Positions 38,482 through 46,317 of a DNA stretch of 46,317 bases are shown piece by piece. Under the pieces are notes generated by a model that did no database searches, was not told where the DNA came from, and worked only from the letters and a program-made list of their open reading frames with translations. Both the position numbers and the translations under genes were made by a program. Source of the DNA: a virus (taxonomy: Duplodnaviria; Caudoviricetes); IMG/VR virus record IMGVR_UViG_3300037631_002865, positions 1-46,317 of that record; one strand, given 5' to 3'. The stretch's first letter is position 1, and the number at the start of each line of letters is the position of its first letter.

Positions 38482-40253
38482 TTATTATTAAAGACATCAC
38501 AATCAAGAATTTCATGAGTGTGGGTAATGTTACTCAGGCTGTACGATTTAACGACAATGGACTTACACTTGTACTGGGCAACAATGTTGACTTAGGCGGA
38601 GATGGTAGCCGTAATGGCACTGGTAAGACAACAATAATCAATGCACTATCATATGCAATGTATGGTAATGCACTTACTAACATACGTAAAGACAACCTTA
38701 TCAACAAAACAAATGGTAAAGGTATGATAGTTACACTGGACTTTGAAAAAGATGGTGTTAACTATCGTATCGAACGAGGTCGCAAACCTAACCTTTTTAA
38801 ATTTTATGTTGACAATATCGATACTGACGAAGGCAACGAGGCACAAGGTGAGAACCGCCAAACACAAGAACAAGTGGATAAACTGTTCGGGATGAGTCAT
38901 GATATGTTTAAACATATTATCGCCTTAAATACATATACAGAGCCCTTCCTTAGTATGAGAGCAAATGATCAAAGAGCGATCATTGAACAACTACTTGGTA
39001 TCACTATGTTAAGTGAGAAAGCGGAGGCTCTTAAAGAACAACAAAGGTTGAATAAAGATGCAATCAAAGAAGAAGAGTATCGAATTAAGGCAGTTGAAGA
39101 TGCAAATCAAACAATTGCGAAGAGTATTAGTGACCTTGAGCGTCGACAAACCCTCTGGCAAACGAAAAAACAAGAAAGCCTGCAAGAACTAGAAATAGCT
39201 ATCAACGTATTAGATAAAGTTGATATTCAAGCAGAGATCGCAAAGCATAAAGAACTAGCTGAGTACTTGTCAAAGAAGAGTCGGCTAGACGATGCTAACC
39301 GCTGGATCTCCAGAATAGATGCTGATACTAAAAAACTAGATAAACAAATTATCAAACTAGAAAAAGAGATAGTACTACTTAAAGATGAAAAATGTCATGC
39401 ATGTGGACAAGAGTTACACGATAACAGTCATGAGGAATTACTACGTAATAAAGAAGACCAACTAGCTGATGCACGTATGCAAATTTTAGCTAACGGTTCG
39501 CAAGAACAAGAACATTCAGAAGTGATTACTGAAATAGGCGAACTAGGTCAACTACCAAGTACACTCTATAATACAGAGCAAGAAGCGTTTCAACACCAGA
39601 ACCAAGTTGATAAATTACTTACAGAATACGGAAACAAACAATCCGAAACAGATACATATCAAGAACAAATTGACAGTCTAAAGGAAACTGCACTACAAGA
39701 AGTTAGTTGGGATAAGATGAATGAACTTGTGCGTATAAAGGAACACCAAGACTTCCTGTACAAACTGTTAACAAACAAAGATAGCTTTATACGTAAACGT
39801 ATTATTGAGCAAAACTTACAGTATCTAAATTCTAGACTTGCATACTATTTGACTAAACTGGGACTTCCACATGAAGTTTCGTTTCAACCAGATCTCGCTG
39901 TAGAAATTACAGAACTTGGTCGTGAACTAGACTTTGACAACTTATCTAGAGGCGAACGTAATAGGCTAATACTTGGACTTAGTTGGAGTTTTAGAGATGT
40001 ATTTGAAACTATGAATACGCCACTTAACTTCCTTGCTATTGATGAACTTGTTGATAGTGGAATGGATACTAATGGTGTTGATAGTGCACTCAGTGTACTT
40101 AAAAAAATGGAAAGAGAAAGAGGCAAAAACATTTTCCTCATCTCACATCGAGATGAACTACAAGGTAGAGTTAATACTATCTTACAAGTTATTAAAGAAA
40201 ATGGCTTTACATCATTTAGTGTAGACACGGAGATTGTCGACATTGCTGGATGA
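38478..40253 (+). CDS. gp46: Recombination ATPase subunit (Rad50/SbcC-like)
   Basis: KNFMS, Walker A NGTGKTT, coiled coil with CHAC zinc hook, LSRGE signature, Walker B LAIDE, and ISH. Confidence 0.95.
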   Translation: MIIIKDITIKNFMSVGNVTQAVRFNDNGLTLVLGNNVDLGGDGSRNGTGKTTIINALSYAMYGNALTNIRKDNLINKTNGKGMIVTLDFEKDGVNYRIERGRKPNLFKFYVDNIDTDEGNEAQGENRQTQEQVDKLFGMSHDMFKHIIALNTYTEPFLSMRANDQRAIIEQLLGITMLSEKAEALKEQQRLNKDAIKEEEYRIKAVEDANQTIAKSISDLERRQTLWQTKKQESLQELEIAINVLDKVDIQAEIAKHKELAEYLSKKSRLDDANRWISRIDADTKKLDKQIIKLEKEIVLLKDEKCHACGQELHDNSHEELLRNKEDQLADARMQILANGSQEQEHSEVITEIGELGQLPSTLYNTEQEAFQHQNQVDKLLTEYGNKQSETDTYQEQIDSLKETALQEVSWDKMNELVRIKEHQDFLYKLLTNKDSFIRKRIIEQNLQYLNSRLAYYLTKLGLPHEVSFQPDLAVEITELGRELDFDNLSRGERNRLILGLSWSFRDVFETMNTPLNFLAIDELVDSGMDTNGVDSALSVLKKMERERGKNIFLISHRDELQGRVNTILQVIKENGFTSFSVDTEIVDIAG

Positions 40254-40416
40254 TATTGATAAAGATTTACTACAAAGCCTAGGAGGCATGATATTTGAGT
40301 CTCCTGATAAAGGCAAAACAATACGTAGTAGACCTAGTCCTGAGCATCCAATCTTTCTACTTTCTAACGGAATACTACCAATCGATATTTGGTACAAAAT
40401 ATACGGAGACGGATAA
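40234..40416 (+). CDS. Small hypothetical protein
   Basis: 60 aa with GGAG upstream; IFESPDKGKTIRSR; ends LPIDIWYKIYGDG. Confidence 0.65.
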   Translation: MSTLLDDIDKDLLQSLGGMIFESPDKGKTIRSRPSPEHPIFLLSNGILPIDIWYKIYGDG

Positions 40417-40688
40417 TGGGAGACGACTACTTAGGGACATCATCAACCTACACTATTACTACTGATAGCGATATTAGCGGCGATTACAGTATTGATTTGT
40501 CTGATGTCACCGATCTTGGTGCAAGTACTACTACGTTATCAACCGGGACTTATATTGGTTCAAACCTGTCAGGAATCACATTTGGTGAATATGAAGATAC
40601 GTCACGTAAAAAATTACGTGATGAAGGCGAATTACCGATTGACATTTGGGCCAAAATGTATAATAATGGAGTTATAGATGACGACTAA
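40416..40688 (+). CDS. Small acidic Ser/Thr-rich hypothetical protein
   Basis: ATG 40416 overlaps the previous stop (TAATG) with GGAG upstream; ends LPIDIWAKMYNNGVIDDD. Confidence 0.7.
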   Translation: MGDDYLGTSSTYTITTDSDISGDYSIDLSDVTDLGASTTTLSTGTYIGSNLSGITFGEYEDTSRKKLRDEGELPIDIWAKMYNNGVIDDD

Positions 40689-41409
40689 TTATATTTTTGA
40701 TCTCGATGGCACACTAACTAATGCTCGAGAGCATATTGACACACAGTTTAAAGATTTTATGCATGAGTTTACTGACAAGTACTCGTGCAGTATCTGTACT
40801 GGCAGTGACTATGCAAAGGTTGAACAACAACTTGGAAAAGAACTTACTGATAAATTCGATACACTATTTTTAAGTAGTGGCAATCATGTCATGCAAGATG
40901 GTGAAGACAAGTACAAAAGTACATGGAAGTTATCAGGAGAAGAATATTGGTTTTTGATGGAAAAAGCTGAAGATAGTAAGTTTTTTGATAAGACAGTTAG
41001 TCAACATCACAATATAGAACAACGAATTGGCTGTGCAAACTTTAGTGTTATTGCAAGAGACAGTAGCTTAATGGACCGCCAAGCATATCACAATTGGGAC
41101 AATGATCGTAATGAACGTAAATCAATTGTAAAACAATTTACCGATCTATTTGGCTACAAATCATCTGCAGTGGTTGGTGGCAAAGTAAGTATCGACATAA
41201 TACAAAAAGGCAAAGACAAGGCACAAATACTACAATACTTCGAAACATCAGATATTATACACTTTTTTGGCGATAAAATTACACCCAATGGCAACGACTA
41301 CACACTAGCAATGGCAATTAACGAACTTGATAATGGCACCTCGCACAATGTAACTAACTGGCAAGAAACACACGAAATACTTCAAAGGCACATAAAACGG
41401 CATTTTTAA
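40678..41409 (+). CDS. HAD-superfamily (IIB) phosphomannomutase-like enzyme, eukaryotic PMM type
   Basis: FDLDGTLT.AR, TGSDY.K..QQL, IEQRIGCANFS, GGKVSIDI...G.DK and IHFFGDK..PNGNDY. Confidence 0.8.
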   Translation: MTTNYIFDLDGTLTNAREHIDTQFKDFMHEFTDKYSCSICTGSDYAKVEQQLGKELTDKFDTLFLSSGNHVMQDGEDKYKSTWKLSGEEYWFLMEKAEDSKFFDKTVSQHHNIEQRIGCANFSVIARDSSLMDRQAYHNWDNDRNERKSIVKQFTDLFGYKSSAVVGGKVSIDIIQKGKDKAQILQYFETSDIIHFFGDKITPNGNDYTLAMAINELDNGTSHNVTNWQETHEILQRHIKRHF

Positions 41410-41453
41410 TACCATAATCAGTAGATTTTGATGATAAATGATATATAGTACGT

Positions 41454-41894
41454 ATGCATTGGACACACCATGGTATCCTTGTTGAAGAGATACCAGATGA
41501 TTATATTGGTTTTGTATACATCATTACAAATCTGACTAACGATAAAAAATACATAGGCAAAAAATTAGCCAAGTTCAAAAAAACTAGGCCACCACTTAAA
41601 GGCAAAAAGAGAAAAAGAAAATCATTAGTAGAAAGTGATTGGCGAGACTATTGGGGATCGTCAGACAAACTACAGGCAGACGTAGACGAATTAGGCCCAG
41701 AAAACTTTAGTAGAGAAATCTTATATTTTTGTACAACACGTGGTCAACTTTCCTACCTTGAGGCAAAAGAACAATTCGACAGAGAGGTTTTACTCACTGA
41801 TGAATACTATAATGGCATAATAAATGTCCGCATCGGCGGATCTCAGGCTCTCAAAGAATCACTAAAAAATAACATACCCTCCTTGAAACCATAG
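41454..41894 (+). CDS. Minimal GIY-YIG-family nuclease-like protein
   Basis: GFVYIITNLTNDKKYIGKK, a later Glu (SYLEAKEQ) and Asn (YYNG); strongly basic insert KFKKTRPPLKGKKRKRK; only 146 aa. Confidence 0.8.
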   Translation: MHWTHHGILVEEIPDDYIGFVYIITNLTNDKKYIGKKLAKFKKTRPPLKGKKRKRKSLVESDWRDYWGSSDKLQADVDELGPENFSREILYFCTTRGQLSYLEAKEQFDREVLLTDEYYNGIINVRIGGSQALKESLKNNIPSLKP

Positions 41895-42200
41895 TATTGA
41901 GGGCTAGAGAAACACTAGCTCGGAATCTTACTTGAGGGCGAACAAACCAAATGACCAGGCTCTGTTGAGCTATTACAACCTGGAAGTATTTCTGAGTACG
42001 TAGCCTTTATTGCGACTCAGTAGCTTGCGTTGAAAGCAGCATGTAAAGGGGTACAGCACAACCGCCTCTGCTAGTTTACTAGTTTTGCTATAAAGGTGTA
42101 CAAGGTGACTGGTAATATCAGAATCTTTTGTCGTGCTTGGCCGTATCAGGCTAAGTGCGACTTTAGATCATGGTAATAATCAATTATATCAATCATGATA
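41895..42200 (+). ncRNA. Candidate structured non-coding RNA of unknown class downstream of the GIY-YIG gene
   Basis: ORF-free, with consecutive stems at 41901-41921, 41955-41983, 41992-42020, 42047-42067, 42070-42083, 42109-42121, 42130-42161 (13 bp, three G-U pairs) and 42167-42199; possible pseudoknot 42004-42010 with 42090-42096. Confidence 0.6.
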
Positions 42201-42236
42201 TAATATACGTTTTCTAATGTTATCGAATGAAATAAT

Positions 42237-42279
42237 TCAATCGAACGATAGTGAAGATTGATGATGTCGTAAGACATCA
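42237..42279. other. Two adjacent Watson-Crick hairpins with GNNA loops
   Basis: TCAATC/GATTGA enclosing AC-GATA-GT, then TGATGTC-GTAA-GACATCA. Confidence 0.6.
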
Positions 42280-42321
42280 GATAAAGATAAAACTTACATA
42301 GATATAAATGAACACTTCAGA

Positions 42322-42558
42322 TTAAAATTTTCGAGTGTTTTTGCTTTGCATGGCGTCTATTGCTTCTTTTTCTTTTTCCCTTTTCTCTGTGAATGCGTCC
42401 ATAATTTCACTTAGTTGGGATAATGGCATCTGGTACAATTCGTCTACTCTAAATGCACCTTCACTGTACAATACAATATCATATAATTGTTTTCGTAGGT
42501 CTCGATTTGCTTTGGTCATTTTATCAACCATACTTTGCGCCGATTCTGGGCTAATCAC
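42322..42558 (-). CDS. Small baseplate/tail assembly protein (gp51-like position); probably made as a -1 frameshift extension of the upstream gene
   Basis: GTG start with no Shine-Dalgarno; the frame is open back to the T9 run; LYDIVLYSEGAFRVDELYQMP. Confidence 0.65.
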   Translation of the reverse strand: MISPESAQSMVDKMTKANRDLRKQLYDIVLYSEGAFRVDELYQMPLSQLSEIMDAFTEKREKEKEAIDAMQSKNTRKF

Positions 42559-43394
42559 GAGTCGTTTGTGAAAAAAAAAGTTGGGTTAAATTCCACTGCA
42601 CTTTTAAACTTTTTACCACATTCTTCATTACTACATTCAAACTTAAACTCCTTGTCAATACCATTGGCATTGATCTGTTGGTTAATTTCTTGTAGTTTTT
42701 TGATTGTTACGCTGTCACTATTAGATAGCCAAGCAAGTATTGATGTTATATTGTCAATAACTTCAGTGGATGGTGTGATAATTTTTTCGATACTGTCTGC
42801 GAGGATCATCATACTTGCTGCTGTTGATCGCTCTAAACTTTGCTGAAAGATTTCATGCTGTTTTAATTGATCAGTTTCGTTTTCTAACTGTTGTAGCAAT
42901 TGTGCATTTTCAGTTATCCTGATCTGATTACTTGTTATAGATTTCAAACTATTTGGTTTAAAAACAATAGTTAGTCCGTTACTAAGTTCGATCTCAATAC
43001 CGTTTACTGGTTTTATTTGATTGAGGATGTTTATTATTTTTATCTCATATTCTTCAGTTGATTCACAGTGTGGGCATTTTGCTTCTGTTCTGAGTGTACC
43101 TTCTTCGTTATTATTAATTCGGCTTGCCAATAAGATAACGTCTACATCTGGTAGCATGATCTCATATGGATTTTCCATGTCAGGTACAATACTTTTAAGT
43201 ATCTCAAATAAACTTTCGCCGTTATATACACTATCTGGAATACTCAGTAACATTTCGTCTTTGAAGCTCAAAGGCATAACACCAATCTCATTTTGATCGG
43301 ACATTTTAATGTTAGATGTGTACCATTTACCCTCGGTAGGCAGTTTTATGTACATCTCTTTGTGTCTGTAAAAGTCTAGTAGTGGGTCTGTCAT
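42555..43394 (-). CDS. Baseplate hub assembly chaperone, T4 gp26-like
   Basis: YIKLPTEGKWY, PLSFKDEMLL, DVDVILLASRI, CPHC and CSNEEC zinc motifs, C-terminal FFF. Confidence 0.8.
   Translation of the reverse strand: MTDPLLDFYRHKEMYIKLPTEGKWYTSNIKMSDQNEIGVMPLSFKDEMLLSIPDSVYNGESLFEILKSIVPDMENPYEIMLPDVDVILLASRINNNEEGTLRTEAKCPHCESTEEYEIKIINILNQIKPVNGIEIELSNGLTIVFKPNSLKSITSNQIRITENAQLLQQLENETDQLKQHEIFQQSLERSTAASMMILADSIEKIITPSTEVIDNITSILAWLSNSDSVTIKKLQEINQQINANGIDKEFKFECSNEECGKKFKSAVEFNPTFFFTNDS
42570..42579 (-). other. Putative -1 programmed ribosomal frameshift site (T TTT TTT / T TTT TTC)
   Basis: ACT TTT TTT TTC shortly before the gp26-like stop; the -1 frame reads F-H-K-R-L-V-I-S-P-E into ORF 42322..42558. 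Confidence 0.65.
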
Positions 43395-43402
43395 AATCTT
43401 CC

Positions 43403-43429
43403 TATAAATACATATATAAGTTATTTATC
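43403..43429. promoter_or_regulatory. Face-to-face pair of late promoter boxes
   Basis: TATAAATA on + (43403-43410) and GATAAATA on - (43422-43429), 11 nt apart, between divergent structural genes. Confidence 0.7.
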
Positions 43430-43447
43430 TAATAAAGTGAGTAGTTA

Positions 43448-45388
43448 ATGGCAATAGTAAATATACCTTTTGGTGGGCAGAGTGTTCCGGTTACAGTACC
43501 GGATTTTGCTATGGAAGCAACACAACAAGATGTACTAATCCAATCACAAAAACAAACAGATGCTCTTCAACAAATTGCATCTAAAATGGGAATCAGTCTA
43601 TCAAACGATCAGAATGAAATAAAAAGCAACAAGCAGTTAACTAGCCAAATACAAAAGAACGCCAAACAACAAGAAAATCAAAATAGAAGGCTTGAGTTGT
43701 CACTGGATACACTTGGACGTGGAGCAAGCAATACAGTTAATGCTATGCAACAAGCCGGTGATACTGGTAAACTATCTGACATGATCGGTAAACAAGGATT
43801 GCTGGGCAATATGGGTTTTGCCGCAATGGGTGCACAACTTGGTACACTGTTTGGTATCATGGAAGAGTTTGGAGATGCACTGGGCGCATTACGTAGAACT
43901 GGTGCTGGATTGGGTGCTGACTTGGTTGAACTCCGTGGAGCCGCCGCCGCAGTTGGTCTTGACATGCAAACACTTAGTAAACTTACTGTTGAGAATGGTG
44001 CGGCAATCAGATCATTAGGTGAAAACAGTAAACAAGGCACAAATGAATTTTTGCGATTAAACCATTCTCTGCGTGAAGCGTCAAGAGATATGGGCTTCTT
44101 TGGCATGGGCACAAAAGAAATGAGTGCTTTGTTGGTGGATGAAATTGAACTCAGACGTGCTACTAGAAATGAAGCCTTTTTGGAAGAAGGTGCTAGATCT
44201 GGCATGATTGATAGTATAAAAGAAAACATGAAGCTAAATGAAGTTATGGCTGGACTAACAGGCCAAGATGTCCAAGACCGAATTAAAGCACGTAACGAGT
44301 TTAGAAAAGATGCTGTTAATGCCGCCGCAATGTCTAGAATGAATGAAGGCCAACTAGAATCACTTAAATCACTTACTGAAGGCATGAGTCAAATGGGTAC
44401 CACAGCGCAGCCATTAATGATGCAAGCAGTTAAAAACTTAATGGCTGGTGTTCCAATAGATAAATTTAACGAAGGATTTACACAATTAGCAGCCGCCGCT
44501 GGCGCTGAAGGTATTAATTTACGTGGTAGTATTGAAGATATGGCAGCTATGGTACAGGCCGGTGCTAATCCTACTGAAATCGCCGCCGCCGCAGATGCAT
44601 TAGCTGGTCAATTTAAAAACATACAAGTTGATGACGGAATTTTAGCACGAGCCGCCGCCGGGCAAGAGGGTGCAATAGCATTATTAACAGCAAGAATGGA
44701 AGTATTTGCATCAAATGCAGACTCACAAGCTGAATCCTCTACATTAGTTAATGATAACTTGGAAAAACTCAATTCATCACTTGCAAGAGGTGAAGCTGTA
44801 CTATCTGGTATCGCTAACCAACTTACAGTAACATCACAAAAAATCAAAGACAACTTACTAGATGGTTATTTAAAGGCGTTTGATATTAATCCAAACGATC
44901 CAAATAAGTTTGCTAATTTTATTAATCAGCTAGAACGGTTGCCAGACTCAGAAAAGTTTCAAACATTTATGAACGGTTTAATTGAGTTTACTACTGCATT
45001 AAGTGGTGCACAAGGTGTCTTATCATTGTTAGACGTGGACGGTTCGGGTAAATTAGAACGTGGTCTTAATATTGGACTATTGGTAGCGGCAATTGCAAAA
45101 CAACTAGGCGTTACTGGTGTTGCTGCAGGTGCTATTCCTGGATTACGCAAAGGTGGCGCAACCGGACCTGATCAAGCCCGTAGACAGATGGATCCGAGTA
45201 CTCTTAACGGTATCGGACTCAATGCTTTATTCGCCACTGGAGGCGCACTTGCGGCTACTGTTGCAATGAAAACAACAGATGGTAAAGAAATCGGACCTGA
45301 GAACCCTATGCCAGTAACAATTATGAAAGTTGAAAATGGTGCATTTTCTCAGGTAACTATCAAAACTAGTACAACAAGTTCTAATTAA
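43448..45388 (+). CDS. Putative tape measure / gp29-like protein
   Basis: 646-aa Ala/Gly/Leu/Gln-rich, helical-looking protein with no Cys or Trp; lies between the gp26-like and portal genes. Confidence 0.6.
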   Translation: MAIVNIPFGGQSVPVTVPDFAMEATQQDVLIQSQKQTDALQQIASKMGISLSNDQNEIKSNKQLTSQIQKNAKQQENQNRRLELSLDTLGRGASNTVNAMQQAGDTGKLSDMIGKQGLLGNMGFAAMGAQLGTLFGIMEEFGDALGALRRTGAGLGADLVELRGAAAAVGLDMQTLSKLTVENGAAIRSLGENSKQGTNEFLRLNHSLREASRDMGFFGMGTKEMSALLVDEIELRRATRNEAFLEEGARSGMIDSIKENMKLNEVMAGLTGQDVQDRIKARNEFRKDAVNAAAMSRMNEGQLESLKSLTEGMSQMGTTAQPLMMQAVKNLMAGVPIDKFNEGFTQLAAAAGAEGINLRGSIEDMAAMVQAGANPTEIAAAADALAGQFKNIQVDDGILARAAAGQEGAIALLTARMEVFASNADSQAESSTLVNDNLEKLNSSLARGEAVLSGIANQLTVTSQKIKDNLLDGYLKAFDINPNDPNKFANFINQLERLPDSEKFQTFMNGLIEFTTALSGAQGVLSLLDVDGSGKLERGLNIGLLVAAIAKQLGVTGVAAGAIPGLRKGGATGPDQARRQMDPSTLNGIGLNALFATGGALAATVAMKTTDGKEIGPENPMPVTIMKVENGAFSQVTIKTSTTSSN

Positions 45389-45396
45389 TAGATACC

Positions 45397-45425
45397 TTGA
45401 CAACTGGATAAATACATGTTACAAT
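45397..45425 (+). promoter_or_regulatory. Nested sigma70-type and late promoter before the portal gene
   Basis: TTGACA-actg-GATAAATA-catgt-TACAAT (17-nt spacer, extended -10 TG). Confidence 0.7.
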
Positions 45426-45447
45426 ACAAGAAATATAGGACAAATCA

Positions 45448-46317
45448 ATGAGCTGGAAAAAGCACTTTACAGTATACCAAGGACAAAGTCAAGAAATGAA
45501 ACCTAGCACGTCTAGTCGTTTCCAAAGCTGGCTACCTGAAGTATACAGCGGTCAACCTAACCGTGTTGAACGTTATTCACAATATGACCAAATGGACATG
45601 GATAGTGAGGTAAATGCTGCACTTGATATTATCAGTGAGTTTAGCACACAAACAGACGAAACAACACAACTACAATTTAGTTTAAAGTATGTTGGTGATG
45701 TTACTGAAAGCGAAACAAAGATTCTAGAGCAAACACTACGACAATGGTGTAAGTTACAAGACTGGGATAAACGAATTTTTAGAACATTCCGTAATGCAGT
45801 TAAGTATGGTGATCAATTTTTTATCCGTGATCCAGAAACTTGGGAAATGTATTATGTAAATCCAGTTGATGTTACTAAAGTTATTGTTAACGAAGCAAAG
45901 GGTAAAGAACCAGAGCAGTATGTTTTAAAGAACATTGATTTAAATATGCAAAACAAAACTGTAAGCGAGCCAGTTAGACACAGTGATTCTCACACTACTG
46001 TAAACAGTATGATGCGAGGACAAACTATTGATCGTAATGGCTATGGTGCAAGTGGTGCAGAGTATGCTAACAGTTTAGGAAACATTCAAGAATATAACGT
46101 TGATGCAACACACATTGTACATGCGGCATTAACAGAAGGTATGGACAGTGAATTCCCATTTGGTGCAAGTATCCTGGATCCTATCTTTAAAACTTACAAG
46201 CAAAAAGAACTACTAGAAGATAGTATTATTATCTACCGTGTACAACGTGCACCTGAAAGACGTGTGTTTTATGTAGACGTTGGCAACATGCCACCAAACA
46301 AAGCTATGGGTTTTGTT
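45448..46317 (+). CDS. gp20: Portal vertex protein, T4 gp20-like (truncated by the window edge; not in the ORF track)
   Basis: AGGA then ATG 45448; MSWKKHF...[17 protein letters not shown]...[32 protein letters not shown]. Confidence 0.93.
   Translation, partial: MSWKKHFTVYQGQSQEMKPSTSSRFQSWLPEVYSGQPNRVERYSQYDQMDMDSEVNAALDIISEFSTQTDETTQLQFSLKYVGDVTESETKILEQTLRQWCKLQDWDKRIFRTFRNAVKYGDQFFIRDPETWEMYYVNPVDVTKVIVNEAKGKEPEQYVLKNIDLNMQNKTVSEPVRHSDSHTTVNSMMRGQTIDRNGYGASGAEYANSLGNIQEYNVDATHIVHAALTEGMDSEFPFGASILDPIFKTYKQKELLEDSIIIYRVQRAPERRVFYVDVGNMPPNKAMGFV

Noticed and set aside
41895-42321. Group I or II intron, tRNA, tmRNA or RNase P RNA
   Set aside because: I could not find group I P7 (R/S) elements, group II domain V, a T-loop/CCA end or the RNase P GAGGAAAGUCC motif, and the flanking genes are not interrupted. 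An Rfam search is still needed.
43678-44385. 235-aa minus-strand ORF and the many other 60-170 aa antisense or nested ORFs in the track
   Set aside because: They lie opposite or inside well-supported genes, are Ser/Leu/Ile/Pro-rich as expected for shadow frames, and show no recognisable motifs.

Overview
An AT-rich segment of a large T4-like (myovirus or jumbo-type) bacteriophage genome; no tRNA, rRNA, CRISPR array or IS element was seen. Minus strand, 36.4 kb to 11.7 kb: a late baseplate/tail operon with a HxGH nucleotidyltransferase, gp54/48-like, gp53-like, a hub protein with an M15-type peptidase tail, a gp5/VgrG-like spike, a degenerate GH24 lysozyme-like protein, gp25, gp6, a 3793-aa wedge protein, a chaperone-domain fibre protein and a protein with (GY)n tracts. 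This runs directly into an 11.7-kb biosynthetic-looking cluster: three GT-A glycosyltransferase-like genes, five tandem radical SAM enzymes with an N-terminal Twitch/SPASM-like domain, and a truncated cobalamin-binding radical SAM gene that the ORF track missed. Plus strand, 36.5-41.9 kb: gp55-like late sigma factor, gp47/gp46 (Mre11/Rad50), two small ORFs, a eukaryote-type HAD phosphomannomutase and a minimal GIY-YIG nuclease. The nuclease is followed by about 300 nt of densely base-paired non-coding sequence with G-U pairs and a possible pseudoknot. Then come a gp26-like gene and a small ORF linked by a likely -1 frameshift, a tape-measure-like gene and the start of the portal gene. The two best candidates for an undescribed system are the GIY-YIG nuclease with its structured RNA, and the glycosyltransferase/radical SAM cluster with the adjacent Tyr-Gly-repeat virion protein as a possible substrate. 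All product calls come from motifs read by eye; no searches were run.
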